Shown here: positions 25,201-38,084 of the stretch, piece after piece
How the letters are laid out: each line of letters opens with the position of its first letter
Position numbering within the stretch: position 1 is the first letter of the stretch
Origin: Octopus vulgaris
Lineage: Eukaryota
Length of the DNA: 64,000 nucleotides
Assembly: GCA_951406725.2 (NCBI GenBank)
Contig: OX597832.1
Span: 22,134,001 to 22,198,000, forward strand
Direction: 5' to 3'
Position numbers and translations under genes: made by a program
Notes under the pieces: model-generated
What the model was told of the DNA's origin: nothing
What the model saw: only the letters and a program-made list of their open reading frames with translations
The model's database searches: none

Positions 25201-26274
25201 AAGGTAAACATTGACGTCACTGAGCCGCGAATTAACCTGAAGCCATCTGACACTATTTACATTTACATTAATAGTAAATTCCATTTGGAGAGGCTTTTGA
25301 AACGAGTCGATAAACCTTTAGTGTCAATCATTTGCGTGAAAGAAGGTTTGTTGTTTAACAGCTTCGTATGTTATTAAATCGCTCTTTCATCCGTGGGGGA
25401 AGCGGCTTCAGCTTCACCACGCGATCCTCAGATCAAGTCACACTTGCCAATCAAGTACAGCCGGGAAATTCCGAAAGCCTCAGCTAAACTGCGTAGAAGG
25501 AAAAGGGGAAAAAAAAAAAAACCCAGCACTGTTATGATTTGCTTTAAAAGAAAGAAAAAAAACAGAAAAAGATGACAACTTCGCTACAACTTGAGAAAGT
25601 TATCAACTCGCACAAAATTACAAGGTAGAGCTTTTCTTTTGGGGGAGAAAAAAAGGGGGGGTAGGTTTTCGATCAAAAGGGATCGTAAACAGGAAAGAAA
25701 AGAAAAAAAAACCATCAATAGGGATCGTGTATCACAGAAATGTCATGATATAGAGTGTAAAGGGGAAGCAGTTAAGGTTTATCCGTGGAAAGAAAAGCCT
25801 ACGGAAAAGACCACGGTAACCTCGGTCAATAATGTCACACGTTAACACATTTATTTGCAAGTATGTAACTCTCTGTTTTAAATGTAGATAGATAGATAGA
25901 TAGATAGATAGACAAATAGATAGACAGATAGATAGATAGATAGACAATAAATAGATAGATAGGTATTGATTGAGCATTTGTTGTTTACAATCTTCATTAC
26001 ATATTTACAAAGTAAATAAACAAACACAAACTATGATTATGATAATATCCGCATCGAGACAGACACGAGCTCACTGAATCAGATACAAAACATTCCACAT
26101 TAACAAATGAAACTATGGAAACTATGTGACATACATATTATAAACAGAAATACAAAACATGAACGAATTTTAGACGTATATACGAAATAGGCATTGTTTG
26201 TGATCACAAAAAATACTTTTACAAACTATGAACTGAATGTAATATGAATGACACACATATGCATGAGGTCAATA

Positions 26275-26699
26275 GGATCTTTTCGGTTTGAACGGCAGTT
26301 TTTTTCTAGTGGTGTCATATGAAATTGTCACCCATAATTATGACCCTAGTATTGATCTATTGCATTTCAATCTGTTTTAGGGTTAGGGCTAGAGTTAGGG
26401 TTAGTTAGGGGTATCTTTTTTTTCTTCAGAAATGTAAATAAACCCAATCTGTTTCTTAAACGAGGGACATATTCATACGGCACAGAATGTTTTATTTTCA
26501 CCTCAATAGACGTCATTGATTGGTTGAAATTGCAGAAATTGAAGAAAAAAACAACAAATATCTTACAAACTATAGAATTTTCAATAAAGCTAAGAGAAAA
26601 AGATGTTTTATAAACACATTCTACCAATATACGAAGTTTAAAATTTTTTAGTTACCTAGAAATTATGTTAAAAACTGCCGTTCAAACCGAAAATATTCC
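26275..26699 (-). mobile_element. Second copy of the telomere-repeat MITE, in opposite orientation
   Basis: Same TIRs; interior is the reverse complement of 15886-16312; TTAGGG-like run at 26377-26410. Confidence 0.85.
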
Positions 26700-28249
26700 T
26701 TTTTTTTTATACACAATGGGTTTTTTTTTTGTTATAAGTGTTTTAACTTCTTGTTTGCTTTGTCTGTTGGTCTTAACAAATCTTACGGCCATATCAGATA
26801 ATTTCCTGACCCTAGAAAATGCTTAAAAAAAAACCCCTTTCAGGTGATGATCCAGTATGGCCACAGTCAAATCATTGAAACAAAAGAATAAAAGTATATA
26901 TGTATCTCCATTCAAGTTATTACTTTTACTTTAGCCTTGGGCTAAAGGACTTGTGAGTAGACTTGGTAGACGAAAACTGAATGAAGCCTGATATATATAT
27001 ATTTATGTATCTTTGTGTTTGTCCCCCCACCATCGCTTGACAACTGATGTTGGTGTGTTTACATCCCTGTAACTTAGCAGTTCGGAAAAAGAGACCAACA
27101 GAATAAGTACTAGGCTTACAAAGAATAATTCCTGAGGTTGACTTCTTTGACTAAAAAAAAATACCTTTTCAGGTGGTGCTCCAGTATGGCCACAGTCAAA
27201 CGATTGAAGCAAAAGAACAAAAGTATACATGTATCTCCATTCAAGTTATTACCTCCCTTGGCGTAAGCATAACACACGGACGAAACGGACACGAGCACAG
27301 GAATGTGTATAACAATTATAGCTGTTTGCCTCATCAGCGAAGAAATCCAAACTGTTTTCTAACCATTTAATAACTTGCTGGCAGTAATCACACTTAAAAG
27401 AAAAATCTGACACAGATCAATATTATCCATTATGAATATAAAGACAGGATGGAAAGCAATTCCCAAATAACATTTAACCTACAACAATACATCCGATTTG
27501 AAATTGTGTAAGCAAAGGACATTCTCTTTTTATATCAAACCCCGTACGTATTCCTAATGCCCATATAAGTATTAGGGTACCTCGTTTGTGGAATTTCATA
27601 AAATTCGTAGAGGCGCAATGGCCCAGTGGTTAGGACAGCGGACTCGCGGTCATAGGATCACGGTTTCGATTCCCAGACTGGGCGTTGTGAGTGTTTATTG
27701 AGCGAAAACACCTAAAAGCTCCACGAGGCTCCGGCAGGGGATGGTGGTGATCCCTGCTGTACTCTTTCACCACAACTTTCTCTCACTCTTACTTCCTGTT
27801 TCTGTTGTACCTGTATTTCAAAGGGGCCGGCCTTGTCACTCTCTGTGTCACGCTGAATATCCCCGAGAACTACGTTAAGGGTACACGTGTCTGTGGAGTG
27901 CTCAGCCACTTACACGTTAATTTCACGAGCAGGCTGTTCCGTTGATTCGGATCAACCGGAACCCTCGTCGTCGTAACCGACAGAGTGCTACCCCTCCCCC
28001 CACCTCATAAAATTCAGAACATTGTGGATGGAAGCAAAATGAGTATAAGACTCTTTGTTCTGTGTTCTGTGCTAAATGGTAAGCTTCTTGGCACTGTCCC
28101 TAAACCAAACAAAAAAAATCACAGCAGAATTAAAACAGAAAATAAAGATTTATTATCAGCTCACAACACTCCTGGAGTTGATAATGGAATTATCATTTGT
28201 ACAGCAGAGAAGGACTGAGTCAGAAAATTAGCAGAGACCTTAGATAACG

Positions 28250-28718
28250 AAGTTAGATGAAACGAGTGGAAGAAAGAATGGAAGAGAAAGAACGAAACAG
28301 TAAGAGAAGGAATTTAGAGAGAAAGTGAGAGGAAGACGAATAGAGAGAGTGAGAGAGAGAGAGAGAGAGTGAGTGAGTGAGAGAGAGAATTGTAAAGAGA
28401 AATAAGTGAATGCGAGAATGGTAGAATGAAAGAATGAAAGAAGGTGAAAGACCAATGGAGAGCTTAAAGGAGAGAGAGAGAGAGAGAGAAGAGAAAGGAT
28501 ATGAGAAGGAGGAAGAGGATAATAGAGAGAGTGGGAAGAGAAAGGATAATAGAGAGAGGGGAAAGAGAAAGGATGATAGAGAGAGAGAGGGGGGGAAAGA
28601 GAAAAGGAGAGAAAGAAAAGTGGTGATGGGGGTAGGAGAAAGGCTGACAGACTTGAGAGAAAGAAAGGGTGAGGAAGGAAGGAAGAACAATAGAGAGAGA
28701 GAGTACAATAGAAATAAC

Positions 28719-28764
<46 letters not shown>

Positions 28765-28765
28765 A
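28250..28765. repeat. GA-rich polypurine tract
   Basis: Directly visible. Confidence 0.85.
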
Positions 28766-30214
28766 AATTATTTATAGCTCCTAAAAATACCCAGAAACAT
28801 TCTGGGTTTTCACCAGCAGAACTTCTCCAATGAATGATATGGAAAGCTTTGAGGACAGAGACTATATATAAACCATCGTAGTAAATGACAACCAACATTT
28901 GTTAACAGATAAATAAACCATCAACTGAAAGATTTCCCCCACCCCCACCCTTCACTCTCCCTCTCTCTCTCTCACTTTGATGGTTTTTGCTTTTTGTTCT
29001 TGCTGCTGCTGCTGTTATTTATATGAAACTGTATTGTAATGGTAGATTTGTTTTTATTCTTTTACTCGTTTCAGTCATTTGACTGCGGCCATGCTGGAGC
29101 ACCGCCTTGTTTTAGTCGAGCAAATCGACCCCGGGACTTATTCTTTGTAAGCCCAGTACTTATTTTATCGGACTCTTTTGCCGAACCGCTAAGTGACAGG
29201 GACGTAAACACACCAGCACCGGTTGTCAAGCAATGCTAGGGGGACAAACACAGACACACAAACATACACACACACACACATATATATATACATATATACG
29301 ACGGGCTTCTTTCAGTTTCCGTCTACCAAATCCACTCACAAGGCTTTGGTCTGCCCGAGGCTATAGTAGAAGACACTTGCCCAAGATGCCACGCAGTGGG
29401 ACTGAACCTGGAACCATGTGGTTGGTAAGCAAGCTACTTACCACACAGCCACTCCTGTGCCTATGTTTTGTTTTGTTTTTTTTAATATTTACTTTGCTTT
29501 TGCACCCCTCCCTGCCACTCCATGCTCTTGGCTCTTTTTCAACACAATTCATATTCATGTTTGTATGTGTGTGTGCGTGTGTGTGAGATCATTTAACATC
29601 CACTAACATGCTGCTGTTGATGTTGTTGTTAAGCAACAAACCGGGGTAAGGGTGATTAAGTGATGGTCTAGGGCTTAGGAGCAGGATACCCCAGACCTTG
29701 GAAAGAAAAAAAACTTTGGTCGTCTTGTTGTAGTCGAGGGCTCTTCGTTGACACCCGACACCACTGGGAGGTGGCCCTCGAAGTCGCTGGAAATGGAGAT
29801 CTCCAGGTCTAAATTCTTGAACTGGCATGGGTTGAACAGTTTGACAAGAACTTGGCCAGTAACCAGCATCAAGATTTCCTGTGCCTACTCTGGCATGGTT
29901 TCCACAGCTGGATGCCCTTCCTAATGCCAACCACTTGACAGGAGTTTAGCTTTTTCCATTGTATCAGTGCTAGTAAGGTCACCAAATCCTCATAAATAGA
30001 GATCCATCAACTGATGTTAAAATATGATTGAGACACACAAATATATGTCTTGCTGAAGAGGAGACACATGGCTTCCCCAGCAGAAGGTAGACAGATAAAT
30101 AAAGAGAGAGAGAGAGAGAGAGAGAGTGTGTGTGTGTGTGTGCGTGAACAAGACTTAGTCTGGCCTCTACTACTATGACAAAACTGAACACCATACAAAA
30201 AAAAACAACCCCAT

Positions 30215-30372
30215 TACAGTTCTCTATTTAAGAGGTGAGGAATTATGTGTATTATTTACATTTGACAGATATTAGTCCTCATTTTGTTTGTTGTTAACAC
30301 GTTTCGGCTGATATACCCTCCAGCCTTCTTCAGGTGTATTGGGGAAATTTTTTCAGGTGTCTTGGGGAAATT
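30215..30372 (-). mobile_element. Penelope-like pseudo-LTR fragment with a hammerhead core
   Basis: Minus strand ACAC-CTGAAGA-A-GGCTG-GAGGGTATAT-CAGCC-GAAAC-GTGT at 30337-30296. Confidence 0.6.
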
Positions 30373-30630
30373 TGTTAGCAACAAACAAGATAAGGACAGG
30401 AGGTTGGGGGAAAGCAAAGGCATACTCCCCACAGAAAATCCACCTCCAAAAAAGCCTCATGATAGCAAAGAAGCATGGGCACAAGCTGGCCCAAAGGTTG
30501 GGGTGGGCTGCACCTGCCTACCTCTGTTGCATGGCATTGAAGTAGATCCAGCCAACCCCATTAACACACCAGCATCGGTTGTCAAGTGATGTTGGGGGGA
30601 CAAACACAAACACATACACACACATACATA

Positions 30631-30663
<33 letters not shown>

Positions 30664-30824
30664 ATGGGCTTCTTTCAGTTTCCGTCTACCAAATCCACTC
30701 ACAAGGCTTTGGTCAGCCCGAGGATATAGTAGAAGACACTTGCGCAAGGTGCCATGCAATGGGACTGAACCCAAACCATGTGGCTCGTAAGCAAGCTACT
30801 TACCACACAGCCACTCCTACGCCT

Positions 30825-30856
<32 letters not shown>

Positions 30857-31088
30857 GGTTTTAAATTTTGTTACAAAGCCAGTAAGTTTGGTGGAAGGGG
30901 TAAGTCAATCACATTTGACCCCAGTTGCTCAACTGGTACTTATTTTGAAAACCCCTAAAAGGATGAAAGACAAAGTCAACCTTGGCGGAATTTGAACTCA
31001 GAACATAAAGATAGACAATAAAATGCTGCTAAACATTTTGCTCGGCATGATTCTCCCAGCTTACTGCCTTAACAACAACAACAACAAC

Positions 31089-31141
<53 letters not shown>

Positions 31142-31832
31142 GATTAATACAGGAATAAAGTGAAAAAACAAAGAATATTGGATCCGATTTGATCCGATTG
31201 AAAGCAGCAAATTCGTGACCATCCAGAAAAGTTAGGGGTGAGGATTACTGCAAGTGGTGTGAAGGAGAAATCATTGAAATATTTTTTTGTTCCAAGGTCG
31301 GTTATAAATCAAGTTGTTAGAGCTGAACAGGATTAAAAAGCAAGATGTCAGAAGCTAAATAAAAGGAAAAAAATTTTTTAATCTCCTTTATTTTATTTTT
31401 TTAAAAATTTTATTTTATCTTTTTTTTTCCATTCACTACATTTCTATTTTCTATTCCACCCAAACAAAAAAAAATTAAATTATTTCAAAATTGAATCAAA
31501 ACCATTTGCCGATATTTTGAAGTCAGTCAAACTTTATCATCATTGGCATCATCATCATCATCATCATCATCATCATTATTGGTGGAGAGGAAATGCTCTC
31601 TCTCTCTCTTTCTCTCTTCCCATGAATTTGTAAAAAAGTGAGTCACTGTGGCAAAAATGGTTCAGATGAAAGGATCTACTTTAAGCATGTGCCAGTAAAT
31701 TGGAGAACAGTTGGGCAAAGGCTCATGCATTTAGGGGTCAAGGTGATCCTGAATCTGTGGGGTTCCTTGGTTGTCCTATTTAGAGGTTCTCCTCTATCGG
31801 GAGGACTGCGTCATTCATGAATTTACATATCT

Positions 31833-32285
31833 TATTTCTTTAATACCCACAAGGGGCTAAACATAGCGGGGACAAACAAGACAGACAAACGGATTAAGTC
31901 AATTACATTGACCCCAGTGCGGAACTGGTATTTAATTTATCGACCCCGAAAGGATGAAAGGCAAAGTTGACCTTGGCGGAATTTGAACTCAGAATGTAGC
32001 AGCAGACGAAATACCTATTTCTTTACTACCCACAAGGGGCTAAACACAGAGCGGACAAACAAGGACAGACAGATGGATTAAGTCGATTACATCAACTCCA
32101 GTGCGTAACTGGTACTTTAATTTATTGACCCCGAAAGGATGAAAGACAAAGTTGACCTCGGCGGAATTCGAACTCAGAACGTAACGGTAGACAAAATACC
32201 TATTTCTTTATTGCCCACAAGGGGCTAAACACAGAGAAGACAAACAGATTAAGTCAATTATATCGACCCCAGAGCATAACTGGCA
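31833..32285 (-). mobile_element. SINE family A concatemer (about 2.5 units)
   Basis: Junctions at 32015/32016 and 32200/32201; unit length 185 bp. Confidence 0.88.
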
Positions 32286-32598
32286 CGGAAGCCAGTCAAG
32301 GCAGCGCTAGCAACTACCACATTCTGATTTTTATTATTATTATTTATATTATTATTATTATTATTGAAACAGTAACCTGGCAGAATCGTTAGCACCCTGG
32401 ATGAAATACCTGGCGGTATTTTACCCATAGCTACATTCTGAGTTCAAATTCCACTGAAGTTGACCTTGCTTTTCATCATTTCGGGGTCGATAAATTGAGT
32501 ACCGGTGAAACAGTGAGGTCAACGTAATAGACTAGCCCCCTCAACTCAAATTTCAGGCCTTGTGCCTTTAATAGAAAGGATTGTTATCATTTATTATA

Positions 32599-32630
<32 letters not shown>

Positions 32631-32754
32631 GGACCGAGGTTGACTTTGCCTTTCATCCTTTCTGGGTTGATAAATTAAGTACCAGTGAAACACCGGGGTC
32701 GGTGTACTCAACTAGTCCCCTCTCCCAAAATTTCAGGCCTTGTAATAGAAAGGA

Positions 32755-32795
<41 letters not shown>

Positions 32796-33306
32796 AGGCA
32801 ATGAACAGGCAAAATCATTAGCATGCGGGACAAAATGCTCAATGGTATTTCATCTGTCTTAATGTTCTGAGTTCAAATCTCACTGAGGTTGACTTCGACT
32901 TACATCCTTCTGGGGTCAATAAGATAAGCAACCATTCCCATTATTAATCAACTAGCCTTACCCCCATCATCAAATTTCAGGCTTTGTACCTATAGTAGTA
33001 ATTCTGTGTTTGTACTGTATTTCTCATCCATTGCCCTGGTAGCAAATAAAAGAAATTGTTATTGCTATGATCATTATTATTTTTGCCATTATTATTATTA
33101 TTATTAGTAGTAGTAGTGTTGTTATTATTATGGCTGTGCGTAACAGGATTAATAGAGACAGAACTAGGTTTGTTTATTTTTCTTTTTTGGATGCAAGAGG
33201 ATAGACATTCAACTGTAAGATTGATTCAGTCAAGCCATGCAAGCGTTAATAAAATAAAACAGTTTTCCTATCTTCTCTTTTTCTCTCTATCTCTCTCAGT
33301 AATACC

Positions 33307-33347
<41 letters not shown>

Positions 33348-34966
33348 CAATGATGATGATGATAATAATAATGATAATAATAATCTTAATAATGATCGTT
33401 ATTTCATGCTAGGATGGATTTAAGGGGGGAAAAAAAAGCAGAATGAAAAGTAGATCCTTGTTGTTAGACATGAAATGTTAGAGCAGATTTGAATTTTGAG
33501 TTCAACAACCTCGTTAATGCTTATTGCTCAACACACACACATATATATATATCGGTCAGTGCTGTTGTCGTTTAGCACTCAGTTAATCCCAACTGAGCAT
33601 GATCAATGGTCGAAGGCATTCAAGCCATGACCACCCCATCCTACCCGATAATTTTTTCTCTCTGCTTCATGTCCACAGGAATGGCTGTGTGGTAAGAAGC
33701 TCGCTTCCCAACCACATGGTTCTGGGTTTAGTCCCACTGCATGGCATCTTAGGCAAGTGTCTTCTACTATAGCCTCGGGCTGACCAAACCTTGTGTGTGG
33801 ATTTGGTAGATGGAAACTGAAAGGAGCCTGGTGTTCCCTTTTTTGTATTATCTGTCTGGATGTTTTGCGTTCTTGCCCCATTTTTGGTATTTCTTTTTAT
33901 ATAAATACAGCGGTGTACATACACTTTGGTCATTTTATATATATATATACACATGTGTATATGTATGTATAAGAGGATAATTTTATAATTTCGTTAAAGC
34001 AAAAAGCAATTTCGTTAAAATTTGGGCTTAAATGGACTCTGTTCTGGTTACCTTACTCTTTATTTTTTATATTTATATCCTTTATACATTTATATTATTC
34101 TAGCTCCATTGCCTTCAATTTTTTGTTACCTTTATTATGCACGAATTTAATCCAAATATCTTTCTTCATTCGACTTCATTCGTATTACCCTTGTCGGTTT
34201 TACCACATTTTATTCAAGTATTTGTATATATTTTATACTGGTGGGTTTTACCATTGGGTGCCCTGTTTTATTATATATTTGTTCGAGTTTTGATAATTTG
34301 GGAATGATATAAAGTTGTTTTGACTGATTGGACCATTTATTTGTTATACCTTTCAATTTATATTTGCCAGCACCATCTGGCACCTGTGCGGATGGCACGT
34401 AAAAAGCACCCACTACACTCGCGGAGTGGTTGGCGTTAGGAAGGGCATCCAGCCGTAGAAACACTGCCAGATCAGACTGGGCCTGATGCAGTCTTCTGGC
34501 TTCACAGACCCCAGTTGAACCGTCCAACCCATGCTAGCATGGAAAGCAGACGCTAAATGATGATGATGATGATGATGATTTGAATAAATTTGTGTGTTTG
34601 TGTTTGTCACCGCCACCATTGCTTGACAATCTGTAGTACAAATATTTTGTTCTCAAAAGCTTTAAATTAAAATCGTCCACCAAACTTTTGTCACAATTTA
34701 TGTTCCTGACACTAGCTTAATGATAACTAAATTATTTTACTAAATTTTTTATTACATTTAAAATTAATTGAAAGAAGCACAGAGCATCTCAAAATAAATA
34801 CGGTAACGAAAGGGTTAAGGAATATACCTTTCTGGAAAATAAAATTTGGAATATAGAATTAAACACAAAAATGACTGAAAAAAACACTCAGCTTCGACAA
34901 ATTCTGTCTGAATCATATAAGCATGGAATAGTGGAAGTTAAAACAATGATGATGATGATGATGATC

Positions 34967-35016
<50 letters not shown>

Positions 35017-35745
35017 GCTATTTATCATGGTTTCTTGAGGAATCTTTAGTGACTTCTCAAAGAACCCCTAGCTGAGAAACACCAATATAGAGAATCTTTG
35101 TTGGCATTGAAACCAGTTGATGTGCTGTTTGTGTGGGTACATTGCCAAAACTGGAGTCGTTCTGATCTGACTTGGCACAGGTATCCCAAGGCCAAACACT
35201 CCCTCCCACCTAAATTATGTAATAGTTGGGGGGTTTTTTGCTTGTTTTATGTGCGTTTTTTTTTTTTTTTTTACTCCAAAGCATTGTTCACAATACTCAA
35301 GCATCCAAGTCAACATCAGTGGGTTTTTTTTTTTGTTTTTTCTTTTTGTTTGTTTTGTCTTCTTTCAACCTTCAAAATTTCAGAGTTGTACATGTCTGTG
35401 AATGGACTTGATCCAAGGTCATGCAATGAAGCTGAAAACATTACATCATAGTAGAGTCATGGTAACCATTTATTACCATGCACCAACAATATTAGTAATT
35501 TTATGTCTACTTTTCCATGCTGGCATGAGTTGGGAGAGAACTTTTGAGGCCGAGTTTTATGACTAATCTTTCCTGTTTTGGGAGATGTTGCATGCTCTCC
35601 TACTTTCATATCCAGTAGGTAGTGCTATGCAGAGCAAGGCTGTGAAAGCCATTCGACAAAACGTTCCAACTCCAAATCAATTTATGGTACTACAAACACT
35701 ACTATAACCTGACGAGTGAATTTGGTAGACAGAAACTAGGTAGAA

Positions 35746-36145
35746 GGCAGCAAACTGGCAGAAACATTAGCATACTGGTCGAAATGCTTAGCTGTATTTC
35801 GTCAGCCGTTCTGAGTTCAAATTCCACCAAGGTCGACTTTACCTTTCATCCTTTCGGGGTTGATTAAATAAGTACCAGTTACGCACTGTGGTCGATATAA
35901 TCGAGTTAATCCATTTGTCTGTCCACTCTATGTTTAGACCTTTGTGGGTAGTAAAGAAATGGGTATTTCGTTTGCCGTTACGTTCTGAGTTCAAATTCCA
36001 CCGAGGTCGTCTTTGCCTTTCATCCATTCGGGGTCAATTAAATAAGTACGAGTTATGCACCCGGGTCCATGGAATTAACTTAACCTGTTTGTCTGTCCTT
36101 GTTTGTCCTCTCTATGTTTAGCCCCTTGTGGGCAGTAAAGAAATA
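35746..36145 (+). mobile_element. SINE family A dimer bounded by a single 16-bp TSD, nested in a family B copy
   Basis: TSD AGAAACTA(G/T)GTAGAAG at 35731-35746 and 36146-36161; internal junction at 35961/35962. Confidence 0.85.
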
Positions 36146-37892
36146 AGAAACTATGTAGAAGCCTGTTGTGTATGTATGTGTGTGTGTGTGTTTGTCCTCT
36201 CCCCACCATGTGAGAGCTGGTGTTGTTTGTTTACATCCCCAGTAATTCAGGGGTTCACCAAAACAGAGTGATTGTGTAAGTGCCAGACTTATAAACAAAA
36301 TTAACCGATTCGCTTAACTAAACCCTTCAAGACAGTACTCCAGCATGGGCACAGTCCAATGACTGAAACATATAAGAAACAAAAAAGAACAAAAAAAAGA
36401 AAATTTTTATATTTATAGAACAAGGGTTAAACCAAAAACCCAAATCCAAAATTTATTAGCATTTTGTTCCTAGAAACAGAATTAATCTCACTAGATCCGG
36501 TTTAATAGAAAATCCTTAAAACTGATTTATTTCCAATGCGAAAAATAATCAAAATAAATACCTATAAAATTGGAAGATTTAGCCTTTTTATAACCATAAT
36601 TCCTGCTGAAATACATTGACTGCTTTTTTTTTTCAATTAATTTCGAAGCCACTGAGGTATTTAATGAAATAAATGACATTCTCAGGTTAGTGTTTGGAAC
36701 ATAATTCAACATGGAATTTCGACGGAAGATTTTAATTTAGCTAAAATTAAAATGGGAAGTTTGTATCATAAAAACAGGGGCAGTCTCGGGCAAGTCGCTT
36801 TCAAAAGAGTTATTGTATTATATTACAATAAAATAGTCAGAATTGATATGTTTTCACCGATTCCAACTTTGGTAACTGAATAAAAATTGCAATAGACGCC
36901 AACTACCCAGCTCCGACGCAGAATCTGTTGCTTCTCAAATGTTGGTTTTTCTCGGCGAATATCTTGGAGATGGTGCGATAAATCCTTAAAGTTCAGTTTT
37001 ATTAGTATCGGAGACACTTAATAAAAGAGAAAATTACAAGTTACAGAACCAGCCAAATTTAGAAGACTGTCACTCATAATGATTTTACAATAAAAATGGA
37101 ATGTGCTTTTGCTGCCAAAATAGATTTTTAAAAATAACGCTATTTTGATATGATTCTCCTGATTAATGTGTGTGTATATATATATATATATATACACACA
37201 CACATCTATACAAAGATATACACACATACACACATATTTATACACCTCTCACTTTCTCTCTAAACATATATACATACATATATATACATATACACACATC
37301 TTAGTATGTGTATATATACACCCACACATCCATTTCATTATATATACATTGAATCTAAAATTTATATTATTTCTACATATTTATTTTTATTTGTGTTCTT
37401 TTTCTGTCAGTCAAATTTTTGCCAAAATGTTCTCTTCGTGAAAGAAATATTAAAATAATTGACCATAATAATCATTCCCAATATTATAATGATTTCCAAC
37501 ACTCACAATTGTCCACAATAATAATAATTATTATTATTATTATTATTATTAATATTATTATTATTCTCGTTATCATCATTATTAAGGCAGTGAGCTGAAT
37601 CGTTAGCACATCAGATGAAATACGGAGTTCAAATGCTGTTGAGGTCAACTTTGCCTTTCGTCCTTTAAGGGTCAATGAAGTATGTACCAGTGAAGTACAG
37701 GGGGAGGAGGGTTTGATGTAATTGACTAAACCCCTCCCCTCAAAATTTCAGGCCTTATGTCTATAGCAGAAAGGATTAACATCCTTATTATTATTATTAT
37801 TATTACGGCGGTGAACTGGCAGAATTGTTAGCACACTGGATGAAATGCTTAGCGGTATTTCTCTCGTTGCTATGTTCTGATTTCAAATTCCG

Positions 37893-38084
37893 CTTTCTCA
37901 CTATAAAAATCTGCAAATTGAAATCACAGAAATACGGAAGCTTAGTACCACGATAACGGTAGTAGTAGTTGGTGCGTTGGGAATGATGAAAAAGGGACTC
38001 CCTGGTAACTCCAATCTCCGTGAGCCACAGAAGATAACCTGGATCGGTACAGCCCATATCCTACGGAAAGCACTCTTCATCTAA
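37893..38084 (+). pseudogene. 3' end of an R4/Dong-clade (restriction-like endonuclease) LINE ORF, fused to a SINE-A head (37807-37892)
   Basis: Open frame LSHYKNLQIEITEIRKLSTTITVVVVGALGMMKKGLPGNSNLREPQKITWIGTAHILRKALFI* matches the R4/Dong C-terminal pattern KY.DL.IEI.R.W......PVVVGALG...K....LQK....GTAHILRK.L. Confidence 0.8.

Noticed and set aside
29233-29586. Recurring peptides such as [18 protein letters not shown]... and [20 protein letters not shown]...
   Set aside because: These are antisense translations of SINE families B and A, not a gene family
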